64,000 nt of DNA from Blepharisma stoltei ATCC 30299 (taxonomy: Eukaryota; Protista; Ciliophora): the NCBI GenBank assembly GCA_965603825.1, contig CBFDEM010000036.1, positions 310,001-374,000 on the forward strand, read 5' to 3'. Within the stretch, counting starts at the first letter, position 1. The number at the start of each line of letters is the position of its first letter. Positions 49,461 through 61,653 of the stretch are shown in pieces. Below the pieces are notes generated by a model. That model made no database searches and was not told the origin of the DNA. It saw only the letters and a program-made list of their open reading frames with translations. Both the position numbers and the translations under genes were made by a program.

Positions 49461-49630
49461 GTATGTGCAGCGCGGTGACATAAACTTTCTTAAATGCTGG
49501 TCGCGAGTGCAAACCCTCATCTGGCAGGACCCTCGCGATGCTATGCAACACTAGCTGGGGAGTATGCAAGGAAGCATTAGCGAAGGAATAAGGCCCAAAA
49601 GATTATCTGCCAGTGAGCTTATCTATACTT
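49461..49630. ncRNA. Candidate structured non-coding RNA (unidentified)
   Basis: GC-rich non-coding island in an AT-rich intergenic region with multiple complementary helices, including a crossing (pseudoknot) pair. Confidence 0.45.
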
Positions 49631-50020
49631 TATATAACACATAACGCCTTAAATGAAAAGAATTCACGAAATTGCTCAATAAGCATGAGCATTAATCATA
49701 AGAAATGTAGAACCTCTTCAGACATTGATGACTGAGAACTATAGATAAGTTCATAAACTGTCTTAGCAATTATATAATCTATTTTAAAAATATTATAATA
49801 AAATTACTTGCTATTTTGATAATCAATATAATTATTTATCCTATTTATCTATTTATCTAGCTTGATCCTATTGAATATCCATAGGACAATAAAGATCTTA
49901 ATAAAATTATATTGAAAAAATATTAAACCCCACAATTTGTCTCCAGCTTTTATTTAATTAAGCCTACTCTAGAATAATGACAGCAAACCATTTAAATCCA
50001 TAATTGCTTATAATAATTAT

Positions 50021-50512
50021 ATGTCAGAAAGCACTGATTGTTCAAGCTCTCAAGGCAGGTGGACGAAAGAAGAAAATAGGCGATTCATGGAAGCTCTCAA
50101 TCTTTATGGTAAGGACTGAAAAAAGATTTTAGATTATGTTCAAACAAGATCCATGGTCCAGATTAGGTCCCATGCTCAAAAATATTTTATAAAAGTCGAG
50201 AAAAAGAAAAAGAAGAAGAAGGAAGAGCAGGTTCTGGGGATTCCTCAAGAGACTAGAGACTATGACTCGCTTACTCCCAAAGAAAAACTCGACCAAGCTT
50301 TACTTCACTTGCAATGCGCACATCTAATTCAAGCATTTAGAACCGATTTAAATGTATTGTATCAACAACTTATTAACGTAACTCCTCCTCCTCAAACGCA
50401 GGGAGAAGATATTCTGCCTTCATTGCCAGAGCACTGATGTTCCAGGAGATCTCAATGAAGCTCCTGTCCGTGCTTTCACATGGAAAAGGAGGTTTTTATC
50501 CTAATTTATTAG
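50021..50512 (+). CDS. Single-repeat Myb SHAQKYF-class transcription factor
   Basis: GRWTKEENRRFMEALNLYGKD*KKI...V.TRS..QIRSHAQKYF; 3' end less certain. Confidence 0.9.
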
Positions 50513-50859
50513 CGATAAATGTAGTCTTATCCATATTAATTATATAAAGTTATATTGTGGAATTTATTTCATAGATTTCTGACAAGCTTTTCCCAAATTG
50601 AATCTGGCAGATAGCCATACCAGCTTCTTAAATTAAGTTCTGATGCACGAGTTGATTTTATTTTTGATCAGACGAGTAGAGAAAGCCTGAGTGCTCTAGT
50701 TCATGGATAATAAATTTCTTAAAACAATTAAAGAGATTTAAAGGCATTTTGGATAAGAATTTCATATTTAAATGGCTCTATTTAGTTATTTTAATTTTCA
50801 TAATCTATATTCAAAAAAATTTTTAAATAAATCCATTTAATTTAACTAAGTTGCACTAT

Positions 50860-52041
50860 CTACTCTCTACACCCGATTGAATATTTATCAGAGTTATCAC
50901 AGCAAGTCCACTTTTTGGCAGGTATATTCCACTTTCCAGGATGATTTTTCGTCCTCCTACTTTCAAGCTCTGAAAGCAAATTATTCTTTCTCGTCAAAAA
51001 GAGCTGTGCCTCTTCTTGCTTTCTTTCTTTTTCTGCCAAAACATCAACAAGCTCTTTATTAATTTCTTCTTCAGGAATATCAGCCATTTTGACTAAATAA
51101 TGTGAGAAATCAGTCAAAATCACTTCTCTCGATGAATGGTCTAATGTTTCTTTAAAATCTACAATGGCCCTACACATATCACTGCAAACTAAAGGGACTC
51201 CATCGCCTTGGTGCTTTTCCTTTTTAATGAACGTGGCACTGCAGATAGGACTTTGGCATTTAATAACTTCATATAAGCATATCAGCTCGTGATCTCTCAT
51301 GTCTTTTATTCTTCCCACAAAATCGCAGCCGCTTTCATAGTATGCACATCTAAGTTTAAGTCTATGATAAACTAGCAAGGCAAACTTAGAAGGGCGATGC
51401 AAAATAAAATCCTCACAGCCATAAGGGCATTTAACCTGCGAATATGAGCAATACTTACAGATCAAATTTTGACAAGTAGAACATTCTTTTGGCTTTTTCA
51501 CGACTTGCTTGCACACTGGGCACTTGAAAAAGTCATCAACTTCTCCAAGAAATCTGTCGCACATATACCCTATTGACGGTTCGAGCTCAAATCCATCTTC
51601 AAAACTTTGCATTGTTGTGGTGGTCAGCGGTGTTTCCATTCCTGAGACAAATGAATAAGAAGAACGTGCATCGCAGTCACGATGTCTCAAAAAGTCTTTG
51701 CTTTCTTCTAAGTTTGTGCTTATTTTTAGAGAGAATTCAAATTGCAAAGGAAGAACAGAAATTTTTTCACATAGACTGACAGTTGAGGTGGACATTGAAA
51801 TTAATAAGGGTAACGGATGTGTGATAGGGATGAGCTCATCTGCTTTATTGCTTTGGAATTCTAATGGAGGGACTCGCAATTTCTCATAAGGAACAATGAT
51901 GGATGAGATATTTGAAATGAATGTCGGCAAATGATGGATTTTTGGTTCATTTGTATAGGTTTTGTTTGTGATTGAAAGAGGCTCTGGAACTGGCTTTTTG
52001 CTGATAGTGTATTCTTTTGAAAAGCTCTGAGAAATTATCAT
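50860..52041 (-). CDS. RING plus TRAF/SIAH-type Zn-finger protein with C-terminal Btk-type Zn motif
   Basis: CPVC..VV..P.EC..C..LIC..C....CP; C.Y...GC........HE..C; HPGKWN....KWTCC......SIGC. Confidence 0.8.
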   Translation of the reverse strand: MIISQSFSKEYTISKKPVPEPLSITNKTYTNEPKIHHLPTFISNISSIIVPYEKLRVPPLEFQSNKADELIPITHPLPLLISMSTSTVSLCEKISVLPLQFEFSLKISTNLEESKDFLRHRDCDARSSYSFVSGMETPLTTTTMQSFEDGFELEPSIGYMCDRFLGEVDDFFKCPVCKQVVKKPKECSTCQNLICKYCSYSQVKCPYGCEDFILHRPSKFALLVYHRLKLRCAYYESGCDFVGRIKDMRDHELICLYEVIKCQSPICSATFIKKEKHQGDGVPLVCSDMCRAIVDFKETLDHSSREVILTDFSHYLVKMADIPEEEINKELVDVLAEKERKQEEAQLFLTRKNNLLSELESRRTKNHPGKWNIPAKKWTCCDNSDKYSIGCRE

Positions 52042-52214
52042 ATTTAATTGAATTTTAATTTCGAATTATTCAATAAGAAAATCCTATTAATTAAAACATC
52101 AAGTTACGATTATATGAGGCATCATAAAAATTTAAGAAAATAATATAAGAATATTATCGATGATATTTCTCAAAATGGCAAATATTTATATAACTCAGTG
52201 TTTATATTAATTAG

Positions 52215-53120
52215 CTACTGCTTCTCAGCAATTGCTTTGTAGTGATAAAACATTACTTGATGCAAAGATTTTTCAAGGTGTGTTTCAAGATACTCTCCAG
52301 GCTTCAATCCATCCAATCGATATGGTCCATATGATAGCCTGACAAGCCTATTTACTCTAAGTCTGTAGTTTTCAAATACTCTTCTCAATTCCCTACTTCT
52401 AGTCCTTTTTAAGATCGCTTTAAGCCAAATATTTTTGGTCTTTTTTGTATTTGCCCAAACCTATATAGCTCTTACAATCATCGGCCTGAATTTTTTGCCT
52501 TTAGAAGCACCCCTTCTTATTGCTTCAAGTATTTCATCCCTAAGTTTCCCACAAACTCTTATTTTATATTCTCTTTTCAAGCCAGAAGCAGCTTCATCTA
52601 AAGCAACTGCTGTGTCTTTATCATTTGTTAATAGCATTAAGCCTTCAGATCGAAAATCAAGCCTTCCAACGCTGTAGTATTCAATATTAGGAAATCCAAT
52701 ATTCCTTAAAAACTGAAACACTGTTGGCTTGTCTCCATCAATATATGAACTCACATCCCTTGGCTTATAAAAGGTCCAAATTTTGATATGCTCAGATAAA
52801 GGGAGCTTATTTGTATTATAATCATTTCTCTGGTGAAATTTGATAGGAGTATTATCAAGTATTTTGATGTTTTTCCAGGCAATTTTATTGTTTGCCGAAA
52901 TCATACCAGCTTCAATAAATCTTTCAGCTTGAGCTCTAGAGCAAATTCCGGAATCGGCCAACTTTTTGCTGAGCCAAATCTCTTTTGGTTCTGTAATCTC
53001 CACAGACGGCTCCTTTTTTAAAACTACTTTAACTCTAGGAAGGTCTTGGATGGGCGTGCTTGGGATAGGTGGAACAAGAAGCAGGCTGGAAGAGAACCTT
53101 GAAGCTATTAAGCGTAGCAT
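52215..53120 (-). CDS. Mitochondrial S4-domain RluB/RsuA-family pseudouridine synthase; one 15-nt intron
   Basis: Presequence; LSK.LA..G.CSR..AE S4 domain; YKP; VGRLD..SEGL.LLTND; after the intron RELRR.F......V.RL.R.SYGP. Confidence 0.9.
52461..52475 (-). other. 15-nt intron GTAAGAGCTATATAG
   Basis: Removes TAG and restores the conserved C-terminal synthase motifs. Confidence 0.9.
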
Positions 53121-53435
53121 TTATAAATAAAAAATTATTAAAAAATATCAACGTTTCTTAAGTGAAACTTTAATTTGCAGTTTGCAGTTTATATAGATCA
53201 AATAGTGCTTTATATCTAAAGATCTGGAATATATTTTGTTTTTTGTTAATATAAAAGAGAATGCCTATAATGAAAATTTAGATCATATTCGCTTTACTCA
53301 AATACGTCAAAAGAGCAACAATAAAATGGTCCTTCCACATTATTAGTGAATCAAACTAGAGCAATTATTTTAAATCTTATTTTATTAATCATTTTCAAGC
53401 TTAAACCAATTCATGGGATGAAACTTCACTGAATT

Positions 53436-54275
53436 TTAATTTATATAGCAATTTCATATCTTAGTATTTATTTTCTCTACTCTCTTTTCTTTTAGGCCTA
53501 ATCTATAGTATGAATAGCTATAGGTTCTTTGAAAATAATTGCGAGTGATTAACCCAAAGTATATATCATTTTGAAAATTTGCTAAAGATAATTTAATAAA
53601 GTCAAAATTTATATTCGAATCTCCGATATATATAAATTTATATTGATTTTCAGCATCACTTTCGTATATTCTTCCTTTGCTCTCAATAATAAAAAGTTTG
53701 GAGTTTCCAGAGACGATAATTTTAGATGAATCTTTAACCATTTCAAAAAGTATTGAATAGCTATTTATATTTTCATCATATTGGAATATTGTTGGAGAAT
53801 GATTATATATCAAAATATTGTTCCTAAATGTTAAACAAAAATACATGGCTGATTCTAGTGGACAATTTGCAACTTTAGTCCATCTATGAGAAGCTAAATC
53901 ATATTTTTCTGTGATGCAAGAATAACTAGATATCTCCTTAACTAGTAAAAATAGATAGATGCAATTGTTTAAATAAGCAATTCCTGCTAGATCACAATTT
54001 CACAGCCAATCTTTAATTATTAACACTGTATTTAGTGTTTCTATATTAAGAATGAAGGATGCTCTGTTGCCAAAGCAAAATATTTCTTTATCTATCAATA
54101 TATTTTGGCAGTCAGGAATATAAAAATCTTCAAAACTCAAATCAAAAGTTCGCTCTGCTTCTAAGTAAGTTTTTGGATCGAATATTTTTAATAAGTTTCT
54201 CTCTCTATCTCTATTGATTAGATAAACACAGTCATTTTCTTGATTTTTTAAATTAAAATCATAAGAGATTTTCAT
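53436..54275 (-). CDS. Divergent Kelch/beta-propeller protein
   Basis: IFCFG; YLNNCIYLF...EKYDL..HRWTKVA..P; joined via TGA. Confidence 0.65.
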
Positions 54276-54580
54276 TTTTATAGTTATGAACACTTCAATT
54301 ACTAAATATTAAGCATTCTGGAATAAAATCTTGAGGCTGCAAGTGCAGTATTTATAATAAAATAATCAAATTATATGATTTTGAAAAATAATTAGAAGAA
54401 TTTATAAGACGAATATGCACATTTTTGTCAAGAATTTAACTGAAAAGATCTTTAACTTTAATATTGCTTAGTCTGATTCAATGGACAATATGAGAATTTA
54501 AGATGAAGGGATTACATCCAGATCAGCAAAGACCTATTTTCACAGAAGAGCTTGAAGATGGAAGAAATGATATTAGCTGA

Positions 54581-55370
54581 CTATGATATTTGAATTGAAT
54601 CAACTCTACACTTGCTATAAAGATCTAGAGGCATCCAAATTTTTATCTTTATATTCTGTTGGTGAGAATTGGCAATATATGAAGAATATATTTGACTCTC
54701 CAACACCCTTGAAAACATATTGGTTTTCGATTTCGTTCCATATATTTTTCCTTTACTCTCAATAATAAAAAGTTTCGAATTATCAGAAATTATGACTTTA
54801 GATAAATAATTTGCCATCTCAATAAGTACGAAATGCTATTAATGCTCTCATCATATTGATTTATTGCTGGAATAATTATAGTTCAAAATTTTGTGGCCAA
54901 AGACTAAACTATTAAAGTGTGCAAATGCTATTGGAATCATTGCTGCTCTTGCTCATTTATTTGAACTTAAATCATAGTTTTCTATCATATTATGTAGCTG
55001 GATAATCCTTTAACTTGCCAAAATAGATAAATGGAATTATTTTATAAAATTCTTGCAGATCGCTCTCAATTGTCCAATCTTTCTCTGATTATTAGTCTTA
55101 TATTTAAAGCCTCAGTATTAATAATGAAGGAAACTCTTTTAGCAAAGAAATAGCTTTCTTTATTTATTGATATAGCTTTCTTTATTTATTGATATAGCTT
55201 GATAATGAGGTTCAAACAAATTTTCAGAATTCAGCTCATAAATTCGTTCTGCTCAAAATAAGTTTGTATGTCAAATATTTTTAATAAGCTTTTCCTACAT
55301 CCCTGCAAATTAGATAAATGCAATCATTTTCTTGGTTTTTCAAATTAATCTCACGCAAATAAGTTTTCAT
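54581..55370 (-). pseudogene. Decayed tandem paralog of the Kelch-like gene
   Basis: Shares NLKNQEND C.YLI, LLKIFD and NSKLFIIESKG but has frameshifts, TAA/TAG stops and a 22-bp duplication. Confidence 0.75.
55151..55200. repeat. 22-bp tandem duplication TAGCTTTCTTTATTTATTGATA x2.3
   Basis: Exact copies at 55151-55172 and 55173-55194, plus a partial copy. Confidence 0.9.
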
Positions 55371-55590
55371 CTTATAATTACTAAAACATTAAATTACTAA
55401 AATATTAAGTCAATATAAATAGACAGAAATCAAAATGGTATAGAAGAGTACGGTGATATGATAATTTAATAAAAATTTTAGTTTTATATTTTTATTAAAA
55501 TTTTATATTTTAGCTTTATGATTTACGACTATTAAAATTAAGGGGGTATTTTTGAACAAATGAATTTTATAATAAAATAAGAGGGTTATA

Positions 55591-56514
55591 ATGGATTTGC
55601 CTCAAGTCAAAGAAGAAGATATACCAGTATCTTTCAATCATACAGCTCAAGCATTTTCCAAAGACAGAATTACCCTTAATGGCATCAACTTCGCCCTTGT
55701 AGTCCAAGACCGTTATAAATGCGAAAGCTGCAGCCAAATTATGAATTTCGTGCTTGTCCCAGCTCACACAAAGTCTCATACAAAGCCAATATCAACAGTG
55801 CCTACTAAACCAAGAGGCGCCCCTCCTATGCATACAGAATCTTTAGAATTTGAAGATTCAAAAAGGTCTTCAAATGGCATAAATAAAGGAAAAAATTCCC
55901 AAAAAAAATCAAAGAAAGCATCTTTTCCCAAAATAGGCCCTGAAAACGATGGTGAATACTGTTCAAGTGATACACAGTCATTCTCTGCATCTGCAAGCGA
56001 AGATTTTCCTGAGCCCCCAGCCTCTGATTCTGCTTCTCAAGAAGAAGTTGAAGATGATATAAAGTCCTTTGACAACAAAGAAAATTTTTCATCATGTGAC
56101 GACGATTCAATGTCCAGCTCTTCAGGAGACAGTACAATGAATCACCACACCATTGAAACAATGGTAAGAGAAAAAGGAGTCAAAGGATATAGATGCATGT
56201 GTGATGCCTGCTTCTATACTTACAGAAAATTCAAGGCCCACACAAATGTTAAAAAAGCAGGGTGTCCAAGGTGTGGAGAAATATTTTATTGCAGGAACGT
56301 CATGAAAAAACACCATATTGAGTGCCTAAAGAGGAAATGTAGAATTAAGTATGATAGGAAAGAAAAAATCCCAAATCCTAAGTATTTGAGAGGAATTGAA
56401 GAAGCCGTGAGAAAGATGCACGCAATTTATGAGGAAAATTATAAGCCGCCAAATGAAGACGAAATGTATAAGGATTATGGAATGCCAATAAAATCCAAAA
56501 GAAGATATGAATAG
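55591..56514 (+). CDS. C2H2-type zinc-finger protein with acidic/Ser-rich linker
   Basis: CESC........PAHTKSH; CDAC...Y..F.AH; CPRC...F......KKH...C. Confidence 0.7.
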   Translation: MDLPQVKEEDIPVSFNHTAQAFSKDRITLNGINFALVVQDRYKCESCSQIMNFVLVPAHTKSHTKPISTVPTKPRGAPPMHTESLEFEDSKRSSNGINKGKNSQKKSKKASFPKIGPENDGEYCSSDTQSFSASASEDFPEPPASDSASQEEVEDDIKSFDNKENFSSCDDDSMSSSSGDSTMNHHTIETMVREKGVKGYRCMCDACFYTYRKFKAHTNVKKAGCPRCGEIFYCRNVMKKHHIECLKRKCRIKYDRKEKIPNPKYLRGIEEAVRKMHAIYEENYKPPNEDEMYKDYGMPIKSKRRYE

Positions 56515-56752
56515 CTGTATTTTAGGATTTGAATAAAAAGATAGATAAAACTTTAACCTTTATTTTTGAATTATAAACTTCAGATTTAAGCCTAGCAAAT
56601 AAATTAATTATTCTTAGAAAATCTGCTCTTTATCTAACATAGAATTATAATTTCAGAAGCTCAATTTTTAAATAGATTGCAAACTGGAGAATTTCAACAA
56701 TCTTTAATTTAATAATTATTTAGCTTTTTTGAGAACTTAGAAATAAGCATTT

Positions 56753-59700
56753 CTAGTTCTCACTTAATTTTCCTTTACTTTTTTGAAGAAAGGAGTAAAA
56801 TAACCCTTGATTTTCAATCAATTGTTGCGGTGAGCCAAATTCAGCAATCTTCCCCTTATCCATAACAAGAATTCTATCGTAATCAAGTATTGTGTGAAGT
56901 CGATGAGCAATTGTCAACACTGTACAGTCAGTGAACTTTTTCCGAATTATTTCTTGTATATCTCCATCAATTTTATAATCGATTGATGCAGTTGCTTCAT
57001 CTAAAAACATTATTTTCGAATTTTTTAATATTGCCCTTGCAATACATAAAAGCTGCTTTTCTCCTACAGAAAAATTAGTCCCATTTTCTTTAATTTCTTT
57101 TGCAAGAATGCTATCAGGCTCTTCATTTGAAAAAAGCTTTACAAGCTTAATTGCTTCAATAATTTCTTTATCAGTCTTCTTTCTAAATGGATCTAAATTT
57201 TCTCTCAATGTTCCTTGGAATAACGTTGGCTCTTGTGGGATGACCGATATTTTTTCTCTTAGCAAATCTAAGCCAATTTCTGCTGTATCTATATCATCAA
57301 TTAAAATCTTTCCAGCATAAGGCTCAACTATTCTGAATAATGCAAGGCATAAAGAACTTTTTCCAGATCCTGTTCGACCTACAATTCCTATTTTTTCTCT
57401 CGGTTGTATTTCGCATGAAATTCCTTTAATAACAACATATGTATTATCTCTGTATTTCATTTCAAAATCTCTAAACTCAATTTTCCCTGCATATGGCCAG
57501 CCTCTATTAAGCAATTCTTGGTCTTTATGTCTATTTCTACTCGCTTCACTCTCAGTTTTAATCAATTGGCTAGCTCTTTCAACAGAGACCATTGAATTTT
57601 CAAGATTTGAGCTTGCATTTATAAAGTTAAATATATTATCTGGGATCGTAATTCCATAAGATAAAGCAAGCCCTGCTAATCCTGGGTTTATTCATCCTTT
57701 GACACCGACAATTACTAATGCGCTGACGCCAAGAATAACATCAGAGACGAGCTCAAGTGTAATGCCTAGCCAGCAGCCACAAGCTTGCTGCATGAAGTAA
57801 ACACCTATATTTGAGTTTGATAAAAATGCATTTTTCTCAATAAATTTCTTTTGGTAACCAAAAGCTCGTATAATGCTCAATCCACTTACAGTTTCTGAAA
57901 AATGTTGGACGATTGGACTTCGACTCATAAACTCCAGTCTTACCAGCTCTCTTGATGATGACAAATAAAATTGTCTTATTTTAATAGCGATATAAAGCAC
58001 TATAGGAATAACAATTAGCTGATATGGAATTACATAAGAAACCATGCAAGCAATAGAAAAAATCTGGAAAAACTGGCCAATTGAGAAATTTAATGAAGCG
58101 ATCAGCTGAGCATCTATATTATTTTGATCCTTGGATAGTCTATTTAAAATTCTTCCAGTTGGAGTTACATCATAAAATTTGTTGATAGGCGCATCAACTA
58201 ATGCGGTTATCATTTTTTCGAAAATCTTTTGTGCTGCTTTGATTCCGTTTACATAATTAACTACCAATCTGAAAAATATAAAAACATTTATCAAGCTACT
58301 AACTGTTGTATAAACAATAACATTATACGTCACATTCTCTCTTTGCTCTTCTTCATCTTCATTTGTCCATTCACTTAAAAAAATATCTGAATACATACGA
58401 GTTGCTTGCCAAAATACCATAATACCTAGGACAACCGCAAAAGTAACCCAACCTCCTGCATAGCTATAGTAAGTTTTATAAACCTGCAGACTGATTTGTC
58501 CAGTCTCCCTTCTTTCTTCTTCTATTATTCTAAATTCTTTTTTTTTATTCTGGGGCTTCTCTTCTTCGATCTCATTTGATTCTACATTTTCTCTAGCCAC
58601 AGCATTTAATTTGCTTGAAACCAAATATTGGTTGTAAAAGTACCCATTTGCTTGAATTAGCTCTTCATAAGTTCCTTCTTCGATAACACTTCCTTCATGC
58701 AAAACAATAATTCTATCGACATAATGCAAAAAATTTTGATTATTAGTTACCAAGACAATTGTTTTTTCTCGCAAAAAGTCTTTTAAACAAGAATAGAACA
58801 GTTCGCTTGAGACGTGAGAATCTACAGCACTCAAAGGGTCATCTAATAAATAAATATCATGATCTGAGTAAGCAGCACGCGCGAGTGCTACCCTTGCTTT
58901 TTGTCCTCCGCTCAAGTTAATTCCTCTTTCTCCAATTTCAGTTAAATCTCTGGCTGGGAAAATATCAAGATCTTGATTAAGCTGGCAGACTCTTAGCACT
59001 TCTTTATATCTCTCTTCATCCATAGGGAGACCAAACAGGACATTTTTCATAAGAGTTGTGCTTTGGATTCATGGCTCTTGAGAAACATAGCTTATGCTTC
59101 CATTTATTGAAATGCTAGATGAGTCTGATGTTCTGATGAAATTCATATTTTGAATCATTGCTTGAATTAAAGAACTTTTGCCTGATCCCACTTTGCCTAC
59201 AACTGCATATAGCTTGCGTTTTTCTAAACTTAAAGTGATGTCTTTCAAAATTAATTTTGCTTCTCTGAGTTCTCCAGATTGATCCTCACTTGGTATATTT
59301 CAGCTGAAGCTTGCTAAATTCATGCTTACTGCTGTGTTGCTGTTTGAAAAATCATCAGATCTCGTGATATATTCATTAATTTCTCTAGTTTGTAAGAAAT
59401 CCTGAATTCTTCTCAAACTTACAACCATATTCATAAAATTCGTAATAATATCAGGAATTGATTTAACTGAACTATTCAAAATCCCAATAACCGCCATTGA
59501 AGAAAAAACGTTCCCTGGAGTCAATTGCACTCCTGTTAGAGCCATAGTAACAATAATCGCTATAGCTAAATAATTTCTTGCTCCCCAAGTTAAAAACGCC
59601 ATCGTCACTTGAAACTTTGCATTCCTTTTGAGTAAAGCCAACTCCAAATTTCTAGCTTGTAATATTCTTTCAGCTATTTTTTTCTCTCAGTTGTACATTT

Positions 59701-60598
59701 TAAAAACCTTCATATTAGGCAGCAACTCAGTGCAATATTTCATGCGCTTATCTCTTTTTTCCATAAGCATCTTTTGGATTGCTGAAACTCTTCTTGCTAT
59801 TATCATATTCACAAAAAATAAAAGGCCCATTCCTATAAACCCAGAAGTGATGCCTATCAATTTAGCTGAATTATAAAGTAAATAGCTTCCTACAGCTCAT
59901 TGAATTGGGCAAAGTACAATTCTTAATGAATACGGAATTCCTGTTGTAATTCTTTCTAAGTCAACTTGGATTAAATTCACCAATTGCCCATATGCGAAAT
60001 TTTCTTTTTTGTTTTTGGCTTCAGTTGGTGCAATTTTTAATGTTTTTTCATAAATATTTGGAGAAAGAGATGATTTAATGTGGGCTCCTAGAATACTTGA
60101 ATGGAATCTATATTGGCTGTTAGAAGTGGCTTGTATGAATTTGCAAACTAGCAAAATACCAACTAATAAAAATCCAACCCAATAAGGCTGGTCATCAAGT
60201 AAGAAATTTTCTAAAAGCTGAATAAAGACAGCTCCACTATAATCCATTATCGAAGCCAAAGATCCAATCAAGGCAAGAGAAATGATATCAAAAAGAAATC
60301 GACTATACATAGTCTTCAATAAACCATTTTTATCACCTTTTCTCTCAAAAACATACTTCTGCAAGTAAGGCTTTAATCTGACTTTCTGATATTGCACGCT
60401 TTCTTTTTCCCGAATGCCATCAATATCTTCTCGCTGAAGTGGGCGAGACCTTCCCAATTTAAGTAGTCTATACACTCAATGAGTGAGAATCTTTGAGAAA
60501 ATGTTTGCTTTTTGGTAGCTACTTTCTTTTATGCCAAACTGGGTAGAAAATTCATTTTCTAAGACTTGATAGGAAGGATGTGATGGAGTTTTATTCAT
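56753..60598 (-). CDS. ABC transporter subfamily C (MRP-like), 1281 aa
   Basis: Single frame via TGAs; VGKVGSGKSS, SQEP*IQ, IGERGINLSGGQKAR, LLDDPLSAVD, VGRTGSGKSS, LDEATA, IAHRL. Confidence 0.95.
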
Positions 60599-61653
60599 AT
60601 TGATAGAAGGATTTGATTTATTATTATTAAATAAATTAACTGGACAAAATAAATGCAAGTAATTTTACGTTTTGATTGCTAAAGACAAAATGCCTGAAAA
60701 TAAATTATGAAAGATTATCAGTATTAGCCTTTTATTTAAGTATTTCTGAATCTTAATTGTAGCTTTTCGAGATATTTCTTGCTAATGCTTAAATCTTATA
60801 TTAGTAGCTATATTTATTGATATGATTTCGAACTTCTTTCTGCTTAAGTATCCTGCTCACTCTCATTAATCCGAACTTTATAATTTGTATCTTAAAAAGC
60901 CCTTTAAAAGTTATAAATTTAGCTCTTTTTGCAAAATTTGAAAACCTGATTAGCAATTCAAACAGGGAGATATTTTTGATTTTCTCTAAAAACTTTGATG
61001 GTTACATATTGTTAAATTCAGAATATCATTCAAAAATTAGCCTATCTTATATATTAAAATTAATATTTAAATATATTGGATCAAGATTCAAAATTTTTCA
61101 AACTTTGCTTCTTCAATAAAATCATTTAGCTTCGTATTATTTGGATTTTTGATGCTCTTTTACAGTGCTTTTTATTAATTAAATTAAATCGAATATTTTA
61201 ATATGAAATAAATACACATAAACAGAAAGCAGAAATTAAGAGAAGCAAAAGTTAGATCTTTCAAAGAAATGATATTTTATTCAATAAATAATCAATTCTC
61301 TCTTATCACATTAATAAACCTTTTTGAGCTATTTCACATAAAATAAATTTAGCAAACATGAGGAAAATTCTGAAGGTTAATTAATAACGATATCAAAATT
61401 CATGAATTCTCCTTCTCTAACGCTAGATCAAGGCAATCGATTTTATCTTTAACAAACAATTTTGCAGAGGTAAGAATGAGTCTCCACATAACTTACAAAA
61501 GAATCTGAAGACAATGAAGATGATCCTTTTACCCATTATGCTTAAAAGCTGCTGATTTCTATATAAGCATGCTTAGGAAATAAAAAATAATTATTTAGAT
61601 TCTATTAGCTGATGTATTTTCTCGAATGGCTATAAAGCTAACTAATAAAAATT

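Noticed and set aside
49500-49595. HDV-like ribozyme or telomerase RNA identity for the GC-rich island
   Set aside because: No proper P3/L3 or P2 for HDV; no permutation of the heterotrich telomere repeat to serve as template
55151-55200. 22-bp repeat as a CRISPR repeat or retained IES
   Set aside because: Only two adjacent copies with no spacer, inside a pseudogene, and much shorter than typical Blepharisma IESs
61200-61550. Coding-like purine-rich patch upstream of the aquaporin
   Set aside because: Interrupted by TAA/TAG with no recognisable motif; at most a decayed remnant
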